DNA of 64,000 bases, taken from assembly GCA_963754655.1 (NCBI GenBank), contig CAVWGN010000001.1, positions 1,312,001-1,376,000 on the forward strand. Reading direction: 5' to 3'. Shown piece by piece: positions 11,166 through 20,035 of this stretch. Each line of letters starts with the position of its first letter. The first letter of the stretch is position 1. This stretch comes from an uncultured Chlamydiae bacterium. Lineage in GTDB: Bacteria > Chlamydiota > Chlamydiia > Chlamydiales > Parachlamydiaceae. The notes under the pieces are model-generated. The model searched no databases and had not been told where the DNA came from. It saw nothing but the letters and a program-made list of their open reading frames with translations. The translations under genes were made by a program, and so were the position numbers.

Positions 11166-11199
11166 AAAAACACCCTGGCAAAAACTCCAGGGTGTTTTT
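11166..11199 (+). terminator. Rho-independent terminator
   Basis: AAAAACACCCTGG-N8-CCAGGGTGTTTTT, 33 bp after the stop codon. Confidence 0.75.
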
Positions 11200-11214
11200 A
11201 TTAAAAATATTTGA

Positions 11215-11360
11215 CACTTGCAGCTCTTTGAGGCCGACAGAAAATTGATAATTTCGGACGTATGTAATTTATTTTAACTGGTCGTGAGTATATTGTGAGT
11301 GGTTTCAAAAAATTATTTAAGGTCTGAAATTATCAATTTCCTGTCAGCCTCTTCAGGCTG
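11215..11360. repeat. Module A, copy 1 (146-bp unit with internal inverted repeat)
   Basis: Near-identical direct copy at 12362-12507; imperfect inverted arms GACAGAAAATTGATAATTTCGGAC / GTCTGAAATTATCAATTTCCTGTC. Confidence 0.9.
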
Positions 11361-11385
11361 CATGACATAACTCGTTCATACTCAC

Positions 11386-11785
11386 GGTTAGGGTGTTCAT
11401 TTTGTGCAAAAAATGAGCTTTATTTTCACAATAATTGGCATAGTTGAATTGAAGGTCGCATGTTTATGCCGTCCTTTCAGGACTCGATGTCTTTTTGATA
11501 GAACCCAGGCCTCCGCTTCGCTGCGACCTGGGCTGTAACATAACGGCCCTTCAGGCCTTAACAAGAGATGTTTAAATCCCTCTTCTATAATCCCTAAATC
11601 ATCTTTTTGTTAAGGCCTGAAGGGCCGTTATGTTACAGCCCAGGTCGCAGCGAAGCGGAGGCCTGGGTTCTATCAAAAAGACATCGAGTCCTGAAAGGAC
11701 GGCATAAACATGCGACCTTCAATTCAACTATGCCAATTATTGTGAAAATAAAGCTCATTTTTTGCACAAAATGAACACCCTAACC
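11386..11785. repeat. Long palindrome B (179-bp arms, 42-bp spacer)
   Basis: 11386-11564 reads as the exact reverse complement of 11607-11785; contains REP-like hairpins GTCCTTTCAGGAC, CCCAGG..CCTGGG and GGCCCTTCAGGCC; related copies at 33.3 and 60.5 kb. Confidence 0.95.
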
Positions 11786-12357
11786 CAGGGGCAACGTCCC
11801 ATAAGCATCAAGCTAAGAGAAGAGCGTAGGCTACGCGACGCATTCAGTCGCCGCGCCGCTTCGCTCTGGGCTCTAGGTGAGGGGTTTGAGAACCCACCGT
11901 TCGGTCGCCCTCCGGGCTCGGTCACGGTGGGCTATTACCAGTCGTCCTACGGACTCTAGCGGCATTATCAGAACGCCTTAAATAGCATTCAATGGCTTCT
12001 ACATTGCCGCTAGTGGGTCATTTTTCACGCTTCGGCGCATCCTGAAAGACTAAAAACATCTCTAAACTGATCCTTAAAGCCATTTATATAGAGTCTTATT
12101 TCGTTATGCCTACGCCAGATGACCCACTAGCGGCAATGTAGAAGCCATTGAATGCTATTTAAGGCGTTCTGATAATGCCGCTAGAGTCCGTAGGACGACT
12201 GGTAATAGCCCACCGTGACCGAGCCCGGAGGGCGACCGAACGGTGGGTTCTCAAACCCCTCACCTAGAGCCCAGAGCGAAGCGGCGCGGCGACTGAATGC
12301 GTCGCGTAGCCTACGCTCTTCTCTTAGCTTGATGCTTATGGGCGTTGCCCCTGGGTT
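11782..12357. repeat. Long GC-rich palindrome C (about 240-bp arms, 97-bp spacer)
   Basis: 11782-12021 versus 12119-12357 are reverse complements with one visible 1-nt indel; contains the GTCCTACGGAC hairpin. Confidence 0.95.
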
Positions 12358-12361
12358 TTTG

Positions 12362-12507
12362 CACTTGCAGTCCTTCGAGGCTGACAGGAAATTGATAATT
12401 TCGGACGTATATAATTTATTTTAACTGGTCTTGAGTATATTGTAAGTGATTTCAAAAAATTATTTAAGGTCTGAAATTATCAATTTTCTGTCAGCCTCTT
12501 CAGGCTG
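12362..12507. repeat. Module A, copy 2
   Basis: Direct repeat of 11215-11360 with a few substitutions. Confidence 0.9.
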
Positions 12508-12887
12508 ATGCAGGGGCTCTTAGCTGACAATATTAGACTGCGATCTACTCCTATTGTAAGCTGAGATTTCCTGCATCAGCCTCGAAGGGCTGCAAGTGTC
12601 AAATATTTTTAATAAAAACCACCCTGGTAAAAACTCCTGTAAACGAGTACGAGTCTTATCAAATCTCTAACTGAGATTTTTCTCACATCAGTTAAAGATT
12701 TTTTTGCTATGCATCTATTCTATAGCGGCGTCAGGGCTAAATGTTTTTTCAGCCTTTCCTTAATTTCTATTTAGTGTATTAACATAACAGGTGATATATT
12801 CTCTTACTAACTCTTTAATGATATCTATTAATTTGATATACTACGTTTACTCTTTTTAATTTAAATTAATTTTTTTAAGGCTGATCA

Positions 12888-15800
12888 ATGAATCTTACTC
12901 CGTTTAATATTGGATATTTGCCTCCTAATGGGGAAGAAGAATCTATTCCCTCTGTCATTTGGTTTGGGCTTCCTGTAGCTGCTTTCACTTATTATATGAT
13001 GCCGGCGATTTCTCGGAAGGTAGAAGGAGCGGCAAGTCAAATGTGGAAAAGTTTCTCATTTCTCAAGCAAAAAGCTGGAAAGGGATGGGATACCTATGCT
13101 CCTCAATCGATTAAACAAGCTGCAGAATTGACAGGCAATGTGCTCAAATGCACTGAAAAAGTTGCTTATTATGGAATAATCGCTTGTGGTGAGATGGTGG
13201 ATGTGATTAATAAGGGGGGAACGAAGGATGCATCGGCGAGTATTGATGCCAGCTATCAGCGTCTTAGCCATCATGATCAAGGTTTTGCAAAATGTTGTGA
13301 ATTTCTTGCCAATCAAGCAGCTTACTATTATGCCCAGAATGCAGACAACATCAAAGACACAATCAGCGAAGCGATTAGGAAGTGTGCCACTAGTGAACAG
13401 AAAGACTTTGATGAAGATAGTTTAAGTCCGGCTTCAATTGCAAACTTAGTTGAAAGCGCTGCAAATGGCGCAAAATGGTTCATCGACATAAGCCAAGAAT
13501 GGATTGAGCAAACAATTAAGGCCAATATTTTGCATCTATCAGCTAATTGGGCAGATCAAGCCTTTGACCAGAAGCTCTCTTTTGCAGATCAGCAGCGTAA
13601 CCCTGTCGGGCGCTTAATATCCGTTGTTGTCAATTGCCTAGAAAAGTATGAAAATCGCTTAGCAAATATTGCACAATTGCCTAAAGATCAACAAGATGCG
13701 CAATATCGAGAAGCCTTTCAAGAAATTTCCTCTGATTTATTGACAAAGTTTTTCCCAAATGGGGCTAAAGATATTCAACTTTTTCATCATACAATTCCTT
13801 TCATCAAATGGTTCAAAGACATCATATGGGATAAAATCAATCAAGAACTTCCAGGTTGGCTCGAGCGCCTTTATCTTCAGATGAGGCCTTTAAATGAAGA
13901 GTATGATGATTGGAAAGGACAATTTGATGACGAAGCATATGGTCTTCAGGCTGATCAGCTGCTTTCACTACCCTCCATCCTTCTCCAATATTTTATTAGG
14001 AATAATCAAGCCAGAGCTTTAGATGCTGTAGAGCCAATCCTTGAAAATGTGTTAGAAGAAAATGGGCTTAAACAAGCAAAGGCACGGCATTTAAGCGTCA
14101 TCTTGATCAAATATGCAAGAGAATTTCTCTTAACTAAAGATCCAGCCTTGCATAAAATGGGAGCTTTTTTTGAACGCTACTTGATGGAGCAGCTTCTTTT
14201 CAATTTATCGCAGTTTGTTCCAGATGATGTTGATATGAATACTCCTATGCCCCTTTATATTCTGAAACAATGGATAAAGGGTGATGTCTTTAAAATGTTG
14301 AGCTTAAGTTTATCTGGAAAAGCCCAGCAACCTGCAGATCAAGCAAATGCGATCAGTGAATTATTAGCTCCTTTTGGATTAGATCAAGAAGAGACGTTTC
14401 CTTTGCCACCTATTTTAAAAGAAAAGATATGGCCAGCTATTCAAAAGTTTCAAAAGGAAAAATTGCCAAGCTTAATTGCCAAAATGATTCCTCAATGGAT
14501 GGCATTAAACCACTTGGGGCAGCATCAAGGTGAGCTTACTTCTTGGTTGAATAATGATCCTTCCTTGACCCATTCAATCTCAAATCTTACTAGAATGATA
14601 TCCGATAAAGGGGTGCTTGACTTGACTCAAGCACATGGATCAATTGGAAAAAAGCTAAATGATCTGTTCTCCTCACAAGTTTTATCGCAAGAACAGCAGC
14701 AAAAGTTAGATAAGCAATGGGAAGACTTATTAAATGAGAAGGATTCTATTGATATTTTGCAAACATTTGGAAAGCATTGTTTGGAAGCTCTTGTTTTACA
14801 GTTGTGTAAAGATTTATACAGTCATTATCAAGACGCAACTCTTTTGCCTGGCTTAGATGTACTTTTTGATGAAGGAGATGAAGAGAAAGTTAAGCTCCCC
14901 TTTGATACTTGGTTACTTTTAGAAGTGGTCAATGCTTGCCAACTATTCATTCAAGGAATGAGCGATGTTGAAATAGAGACCTTGCAAAATGCCATTCAGT
15001 TAAGAAATGCTATCTACAATTCAAAAGATCCCCTACAAGCTAAGCAACATCATGATGAGTTGGAGAAGTTGAAGTCAACCCTTCAACCAAAATTTAAGCA
15101 TTTATGTCGAAATCTTTTAGAGCTTCTCGGTTATCGGCGAGCTGCGGATTTGCCATTTCCTAAACAGTTGCAGCCAATGGTTTGGAAAAAATTGATGGCA
15201 ATTCTACCCTCTCTGCTATTTGAATATTCTAGCGATCTCATGCTTCCTTTATTAGAAAAAGATGAGTTAAAAGAACAAGTTCTAGCCTTACCCCAAGGTC
15301 CGCTTATTCAACAAGGCTGCCAACTTTTGGCACAAGACATTATTTACCATTTTCCCGATTGGATAGAGGGAAGAACGGAAACCGTGCCAGAAAAAATAAT
15401 GGAAGCGATACCAGAGGTTGATTTATCAGATAAAGCTCAGGAACACCTCGTCAATACTTTGAATGCAATTGTACAGGTGGATGACCCTATCTATGAACCT
15501 CTCTGGCAATGGGTGCAATCTTATCTGGAAGGACTCTTCTTAAAACTAGCCGTTAAAATGAGTCAAATGAATCAACAAGATCTTAATGCGATTCAAAGTC
15601 TTGTCCAAAAAATAAAAGATCGTTTCCTCGCCTTGGAAAAAAAAGAAGAGGAAAATTTTAGTGAAGAGTATGACAATCAAGATAAGGAACCGCTGGAAGA
15701 TAAACATGACCAAGAGGTTCAAGCCATTCTCATGGAGTTTACCCATCAGCTCTTTGCTTGTGTAGGAATTCAAACAAATCAAGATCTTTTTGGTATTCCT

Positions 15801-17387
15801 CCAGTTTTACAAAAGCCTGTGTTGAAAGAAATAAAAGCAAAAATTACTCAAGGATTATTGGGAATCGAGCGATTAGGGAATAAAATCCGCCATTATATTT
15901 TGCCTTCTAATCCTGTAGAAGACCAGCTGCCAACTTCTCAAGTGGCCAGTGCTATGCTTTCTTTGACCCATTTGATTTTGGACAAAGCAAAAGATACACT
16001 AGCTAATGGAGTAGAGGGAAAAGTTGAATTTAGGATTGATCAACTGTATGATTCTCTGAAAACCGGGCTTAGTAAACTAGAAGAGAAGGGATATCAGATT
16101 GCAACTCTCTTGCAAACAGTCATCGATGAACAAATTCCAACTCCGTTTCTCATCAATTTGTTTGATTTATTGAATACAGCCTTTTCACAGAATGTCAAAC
16201 AGAATTTAGCTGATGACATTAATCCAGCGTTAACTGATCAAGTGATTCAACGCTTAGTGCCTCTTTTAGAAACGGAAAAGGATGGCCAAGCAGCTTTTGA
16301 CCAAGGACTGCTCATGGCAGTATTGCCTGTCTTGGTTCGTCATTTTCAACAACTTAATCAAGCTTCCCATTCAGTTGATGGATTAAATATTGAAAATGTT
16401 CTCGATATTGCTAACAATGACATTCATCGAAAAGATCATTTCTACAAAAAGCAAGCTCATTTAATCTTCAAGTTAATTTTTCCTAATGGTCAAGAAGATT
16501 TAGCAAAAATCATGCCTGAAATTGAATTAACGGCTGAACAATGGGCGGCAGCCTCGAATTCAGCAGAGGATCTGGTCGCTGGGCAATTGCCCAAAGTACT
16601 CGACACTCTTTTTAATAAGGAAACATTAGTTAAAAATTTTAATAGCCTCTTTGAGAGTATAACAAAGCAAAAAGAAATCGGTAGTCAAAATCAATCCGAA
16701 GAACATTTTAAAGAACTACAGAAAAAGTTAGCTCAAACAATCTTGAGCAATCTTTTCCGCGATCTTGGTGCACGCTTTGAGGATGCAACTGATATTTTTA
16801 CTCATCCAGTTTTAACATTCCTACGCAAGGTGATATTGACGATGAGTTCATTTGTGATAGTGAGATTAATCGGATCTACTTTGCGCTTTTTAAAAATAGA
16901 GCGTTTTGTAGTGAATCGTCTGCATGAAATCATTCAATATGCAAGCGAAAAGTCCATCGCTGTCTTTTCGCTGCCTGAGTTGCATGAAGAGGCAGTCTAC
17001 CAAGGAGTAGAAGCTCTCGAAAAATTTTTAACAGATCAAATCGCAACTCTTGATCAATCGATTCAAATGAAATCCGAGATAGCAGCCCTACTTACAGAAG
17101 AGGAGGAACTCATTGCAGAAGAAGAGCGTCAAAATCAAATGGATCAATTAATAGGAGAATTAGTCATAGAGGTTGCTCGATTCATAGATTTACCTGTGGA
17201 AAGAGCGGAAAAACTTCCAGGATGGACAAAGCGCTTAGTAGATATCAATGACATTCAGAAGAAGGCTGGTCGAGCTATTGGAGCTGCAATACGTAAACAA
17301 CTCGATGGGGAATTAATAGCTAAGAGTTTGCAACTCGTGTTGTCTAAGTTAGCCCAGCAGGAATATGTCCAAAAACAGGAGGTTTAA
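12888..17387 (+). CDS. Large alpha-helical hypothetical protein (1499 aa), distant paralogue of 3846-11132
   Basis: 4.5-kb ORF; shares blocks such as ISSDLLTKFFPN/ISDDILLYFFPN and DQLIGELVIEV/DGAAGELIFEV with the upstream protein. Confidence 0.85.
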   Translation: MNLTPFNIGYLPPNGEEESIPSVIWFGLPVAAFTYYMMPAISRKVEGAASQMWKSFSFLKQKAGKGWDTYAPQSIKQAAELTGNVLKCTEKVAYYGIIACGEMVDVINKGGTKDASASIDASYQRLSHHDQGFAKCCEFLANQAAYYYAQNADNIKDTISEAIRKCATSEQKDFDEDSLSPASIANLVESAANGAKWFIDISQEWIEQTIKANILHLSANWADQAFDQKLSFADQQRNPVGRLISVVVNCLEKYENRLANIAQLPKDQQDAQYREAFQEISSDLLTKFFPNGAKDIQLFHHTIPFIKWFKDIIWDKINQELPGWLERLYLQMRPLNEEYDDWKGQFDDEAYGLQADQLLSLPSILLQYFIRNNQARALDAVEPILENVLEENGLKQAKARHLSVILIKYAREFLLTKDPALHKMGAFFERYLMEQLLFNLSQFVPDDVDMNTPMPLYILKQWIKGDVFKMLSLSLSGKAQQPADQANAISELLAPFGLDQEETFPLPPILKEKIWPAIQKFQKEKLPSLIAKMIPQWMALNHLGQHQGELTSWLNNDPSLTHSISNLTRMISDKGVLDLTQAHGSIGKKLNDLFSSQVLSQEQQQKLDKQWEDLLNEKDSIDILQTFGKHCLEALVLQLCKDLYSHYQDATLLPGLDVLFDEGDEEKVKLPFDTWLLLEVVNACQLFIQGMSDVEIETLQNAIQLRNAIYNSKDPLQAKQHHDELEKLKSTLQPKFKHLCRNLLELLGYRRAADLPFPKQLQPMVWKKLMAILPSLLFEYSSDLMLPLLEKDELKEQVLALPQGPLIQQGCQLLAQDIIYHFPDWIEGRTETVPEKIMEAIPEVDLSDKAQEHLVNTLNAIVQVDDPIYEPLWQWVQSYLEGLFLKLAVKMSQMNQQDLNAIQSLVQKIKDRFLALEKKEEENFSEEYDNQDKEPLEDKHDQEVQAILMEFTHQLFACVGIQTNQDLFGIPPVLQKPVLKEIKAKITQGLLGIERLGNKIRHYILPSNPVEDQLPTSQVASAMLSLTHLILDKAKDTLANGVEGKVEFRIDQLYDSLKTGLSKLEEKGYQIATLLQTVIDEQIPTPFLINLFDLLNTAFSQNVKQNLADDINPALTDQVIQRLVPLLETEKDGQAAFDQGLLMAVLPVLVRHFQQLNQASHSVDGLNIENVLDIANNDIHRKDHFYKKQAHLIFKLIFPNGQEDLAKIMPEIELTAEQWAAASNSAEDLVAGQLPKVLDTLFNKETLVKNFNSLFESITKQKEIGSQNQSEEHFKELQKKLAQTILSNLFRDLGARFEDATDIFTHPVLTFLRKVILTMSSFVIVRLIGSTLRFLKIERFVVNRLHEIIQYASEKSIAVFSLPELHEEAVYQGVEALEKFLTDQIATLDQSIQMKSEIAALLTEEEELIAEEERQNQMDQLIGELVIEVARFIDLPVERAEKLPGWTKRLVDINDIQKKAGRAIGAAIRKQLDGELIAKSLQLVLSKLAQQEYVQKQEV

Positions 17388-17586
17388 AAAATGATTGCTA
17401 TCAAGCGACGTTAGCTGCATAGGGCGCTAGCAGTGTGCAAACACGCCCCTCGACTAGCAAATATTTGCTCAGAAATCTTAGAAAGCTTAATCTAATTTGA
17501 CATTTAACTTAACTCATAGGAGTTATGTAGAAAATGATGCTAATTCTGTATTAGATCCTTTATGTTTTGATATTAATTAAAGTTTT

Positions 17587-18870
17587 ATGGACGAATCGAT
17601 AGAAAAAAAATTTAAAATTGTTTCATTGGGTTGTCGCACCAATCAATATGAATCTCAAGCCTATCATGATCAATTAATCGCATTGGGCTATACAGCTGCT
17701 CACGAAGATGAAAAGGCAGAGATTTGCATTGTCAATACCTGCACAGTGACGGAATCAGCCGATAGCAGCAGCCGTCATGCTATTCGCCAGTTGGCTCGAG
17801 AAAATGGAGGAGCGAAGCTTTTGGTTACAGGCTGTTTTGCTGAGCGCCAGCCTCAAGTTGTTGGGCAAATTGAAGGAGTCACCCATGTTGTTTCGAATCG
17901 CGATAAAGATCAATTGCTTGCCAATTTGTTTCCTCAAGAAGATCTGCCAGAGTTTTCTATTAAAAACTTTGATGCACATACACGAGCATTTGTCAAAGTT
18001 CAAGATGGCTGCAATTCCTTTTGCACTTATTGCATTATTCCCTATGTGCGTGGCCGCTCTCGTTCGCGATCGGTGTCGGACATCCTCCAAGAGGTAGAGG
18101 TTTTAATTGCCAATGGTTATAAAGAAATTGTGCTTACAGGTATTAATATTGGCGACTTTGATGGAGGGGTTGCCAAAGATGAGACGCCTGTTCGTCTAGC
18201 CGAATTAGTACGCTTGGTAGATCAAGTGCCAGGTCTTGAGCGCTTGCGCATTTCGTCTATCGACCCCGATGAAGTCGATGATGAGTTAGCCGATGCCGTC
18301 TTAAATGGAGCCAACACATGTCCTTCCATGCATGTTGTCTTGCAATCGGGATCCAATGTCATTCTTAAACGAATGAATCGTAAGTACACACGCCAAATAT
18401 TTTTTGATACGATTGATCGCTTACGCGCCGCCAACCCCGATTTTACTTTTACAACAGATATTATTGTAGGTTTTCCTGGAGAAACAGAGATTGACTTTGC
18501 TGATACTCTAGAAGTCATGCAGCAAGTCCAATTTGCCAAAGTACACATGTTTCCCTATAGTGATCGTCCACGTACGCGCTCGGCTCTAATGCCCAATAAA
18601 GTGCCACAGGAAGTCATTAAAGAGCGCAAGCAAGAAGTTTTACGACTAGCTGAGCGGCTGTCATTTGAAATGCGTCAGCGCTACCTCCATCGACGTATGC
18701 TGGTTTTAACAGAAAGGAGGGAACAGAGTTGTCCTCATGAAATCGCTGGGCATACAGCTAACTTTTTACCTGTTTTGGTCCAAGATGGGGCTTTAAATTC
18801 CAATCAAGTTGTAGAAGTAGAATTGACGGCCAATACGCCAAATGGTTTAGTAGGTCATCTCGTTTCATAG
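17587..18870 (+). CDS. mtaB: tRNA t6A37 methylthiotransferase MtaB (radical SAM)
   Basis: SLGCRTNQYES, NTCTVT, KVQDGCNSFCTYCIIP, LTGINIG, VHMFPYS; C-terminal TRAM-like region. Confidence 0.92.
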   Translation: MDESIEKKFKIVSLGCRTNQYESQAYHDQLIALGYTAAHEDEKAEICIVNTCTVTESADSSSRHAIRQLARENGGAKLLVTGCFAERQPQVVGQIEGVTHVVSNRDKDQLLANLFPQEDLPEFSIKNFDAHTRAFVKVQDGCNSFCTYCIIPYVRGRSRSRSVSDILQEVEVLIANGYKEIVLTGINIGDFDGGVAKDETPVRLAELVRLVDQVPGLERLRISSIDPDEVDDELADAVLNGANTCPSMHVVLQSGSNVILKRMNRKYTRQIFFDTIDRLRAANPDFTFTTDIIVGFPGETEIDFADTLEVMQQVQFAKVHMFPYSDRPRTRSALMPNKVPQEVIKERKQEVLRLAERLSFEMRQRYLHRRMLVLTERREQSCPHEIAGHTANFLPVLVQDGALNSNQVVEVELTANTPNGLVGHLVS

Positions 18871-18886
18871 AGGAGAAAGGATAATA

Positions 18887-19990
18887 ATGCGAATCTCTAT
18901 TGCCGAGCGTTTGCGGCCATTCTCCCACGTGCCGGGGATATCAACCATTCTTCCCGGCAGAGGTTACCAAATCCAAATTTTTCCGTGTTTAATTCGCCTT
19001 TATCATGTTAATAAAGGACTTCCCTTCCTCTTAACTGAACTCAGCTTAAATTTTAAAGGCCCTGTTGAGCAATTTACTGTTTGTAATGATTTAGAAAAGG
19101 GGCGCCTGACTGTCTCTGGAAAAACTGCTGAAGGATGGATGCGCTATCACTTAATCAGCGCACAAAGGCATGAAGGAGTTCGCCTCTTTGTCGATCGAGC
19201 TCCTCTCAATGGCTTTTTAGTGGAAGAAGAGGGAAGACGCCACGTGTTGTGTGATAAAGAATGGATAGATCTTTTGGAAGCCAGTTTTCCCTTTGAACCT
19301 TTTCAAATTCCCCTTTGTGATCGTCTTTCGTTGGGCAGTCATAAAGCTCAAGATTGGGAATTAATCAAGCGCAGATTCAATTTAACAGAGATTTTGCCTT
19401 TGGTGCATCGTCTTGGGCAATTAGTTCCTGCAACGAGTAAGGTACCATTTCCAGAAGGAACTTTAAACCTATTAGAAGATTGTCGGCAAAGTTTTACCCA
19501 AGACAGGCCAGAAAGAGGGCAGGAAAAATGGCGCCACTTTCTCCTAGGTTGCTTTAACAACCTGCTTGTTCCCCAGTTGAAAGATAATCATTATCAGGGA
19601 CTTGTTTCAGTTCAATCTTTGGATTTGTTGGATATTTCGCCTTTACTTCTTCTGTCTGAGGCAGCGCGCCTGATTCGAGAGTTATTTGTTCAGCACAAAG
19701 AAAATACACTTTGGATTCTTCCCTATCTGCTTCCCTCATTGCCATTTGGTCGCTTGCTCGATGTCCCTCTAGAGGGAGGAGGATGGATAAGTTTAGAATG
19801 GACAAAAAAGACAATTCGACGTTTGGTTCTTTATGCAGGGCACGATCAAGAAATGGTGCTGAGATTTCGCCATGATGTCCGTCAATATCGTTTGCGACAG
19901 CATATGAGAGATAAAGGTGAAAGAAAAAGCAGTTCCTCTTTGTTGATTTTACAAAAAAATTGTCATTACTTCTTTGACAATTTTCAATAA
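18887..19990 (+). CDS. Conserved chlamydial-type hypothetical protein upstream of glgB
   Basis: 367-aa ORF with AGGAG SD; same strand and close to glgB, resembling the CT865-glgB arrangement of Chlamydia (from recall). Confidence 0.75.
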   Translation: MRISIAERLRPFSHVPGISTILPGRGYQIQIFPCLIRLYHVNKGLPFLLTELSLNFKGPVEQFTVCNDLEKGRLTVSGKTAEGWMRYHLISAQRHEGVRLFVDRAPLNGFLVEEEGRRHVLCDKEWIDLLEASFPFEPFQIPLCDRLSLGSHKAQDWELIKRRFNLTEILPLVHRLGQLVPATSKVPFPEGTLNLLEDCRQSFTQDRPERGQEKWRHFLLGCFNNLLVPQLKDNHYQGLVSVQSLDLLDISPLLLLSEAARLIRELFVQHKENTLWILPYLLPSLPFGRLLDVPLEGGGWISLEWTKKTIRRLVLYAGHDQEMVLRFRHDVRQYRLRQHMRDKGERKSSSSLLILQKNCHYFFDNFQ

Positions 19991-20035
19991 TGCAGTAAGA
20001 TTCACCTTCAGATCAATTTAATTTTAATTACCACT

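Larger units (their letters stand above)
11187..12627. repeat. Composite REP/REPIN-like palindrome cluster bounded by an outer inverted repeat
   Basis: CCAGGGTGTTTTTATTAAAAATATTTGACACTTGCAGC at 11187 is matched in inverted orientation ending at 12627; encloses the modules listed next. Confidence 0.9.

Noticed and set aside
11762..12424. Short ORFs 11762-11959 and 12215-12424
   Set aside because: They lie in the mirror arms of the palindromes and are by-products of GC-rich repeat DNA; no protein motif
11187..12627. Possible CRISPR array, tRNA or rRNA fragment
   Set aside because: Repeats are long inverted arms rather than short direct repeats with unique spacers; no cas genes; no cloverleaf or rRNA signature recognised
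17395..17470. Moderately GC-rich intergenic patch as a possible riboswitch or sRNA before mtaB
   Set aside because: No convincing stem set or known motif seen by eye
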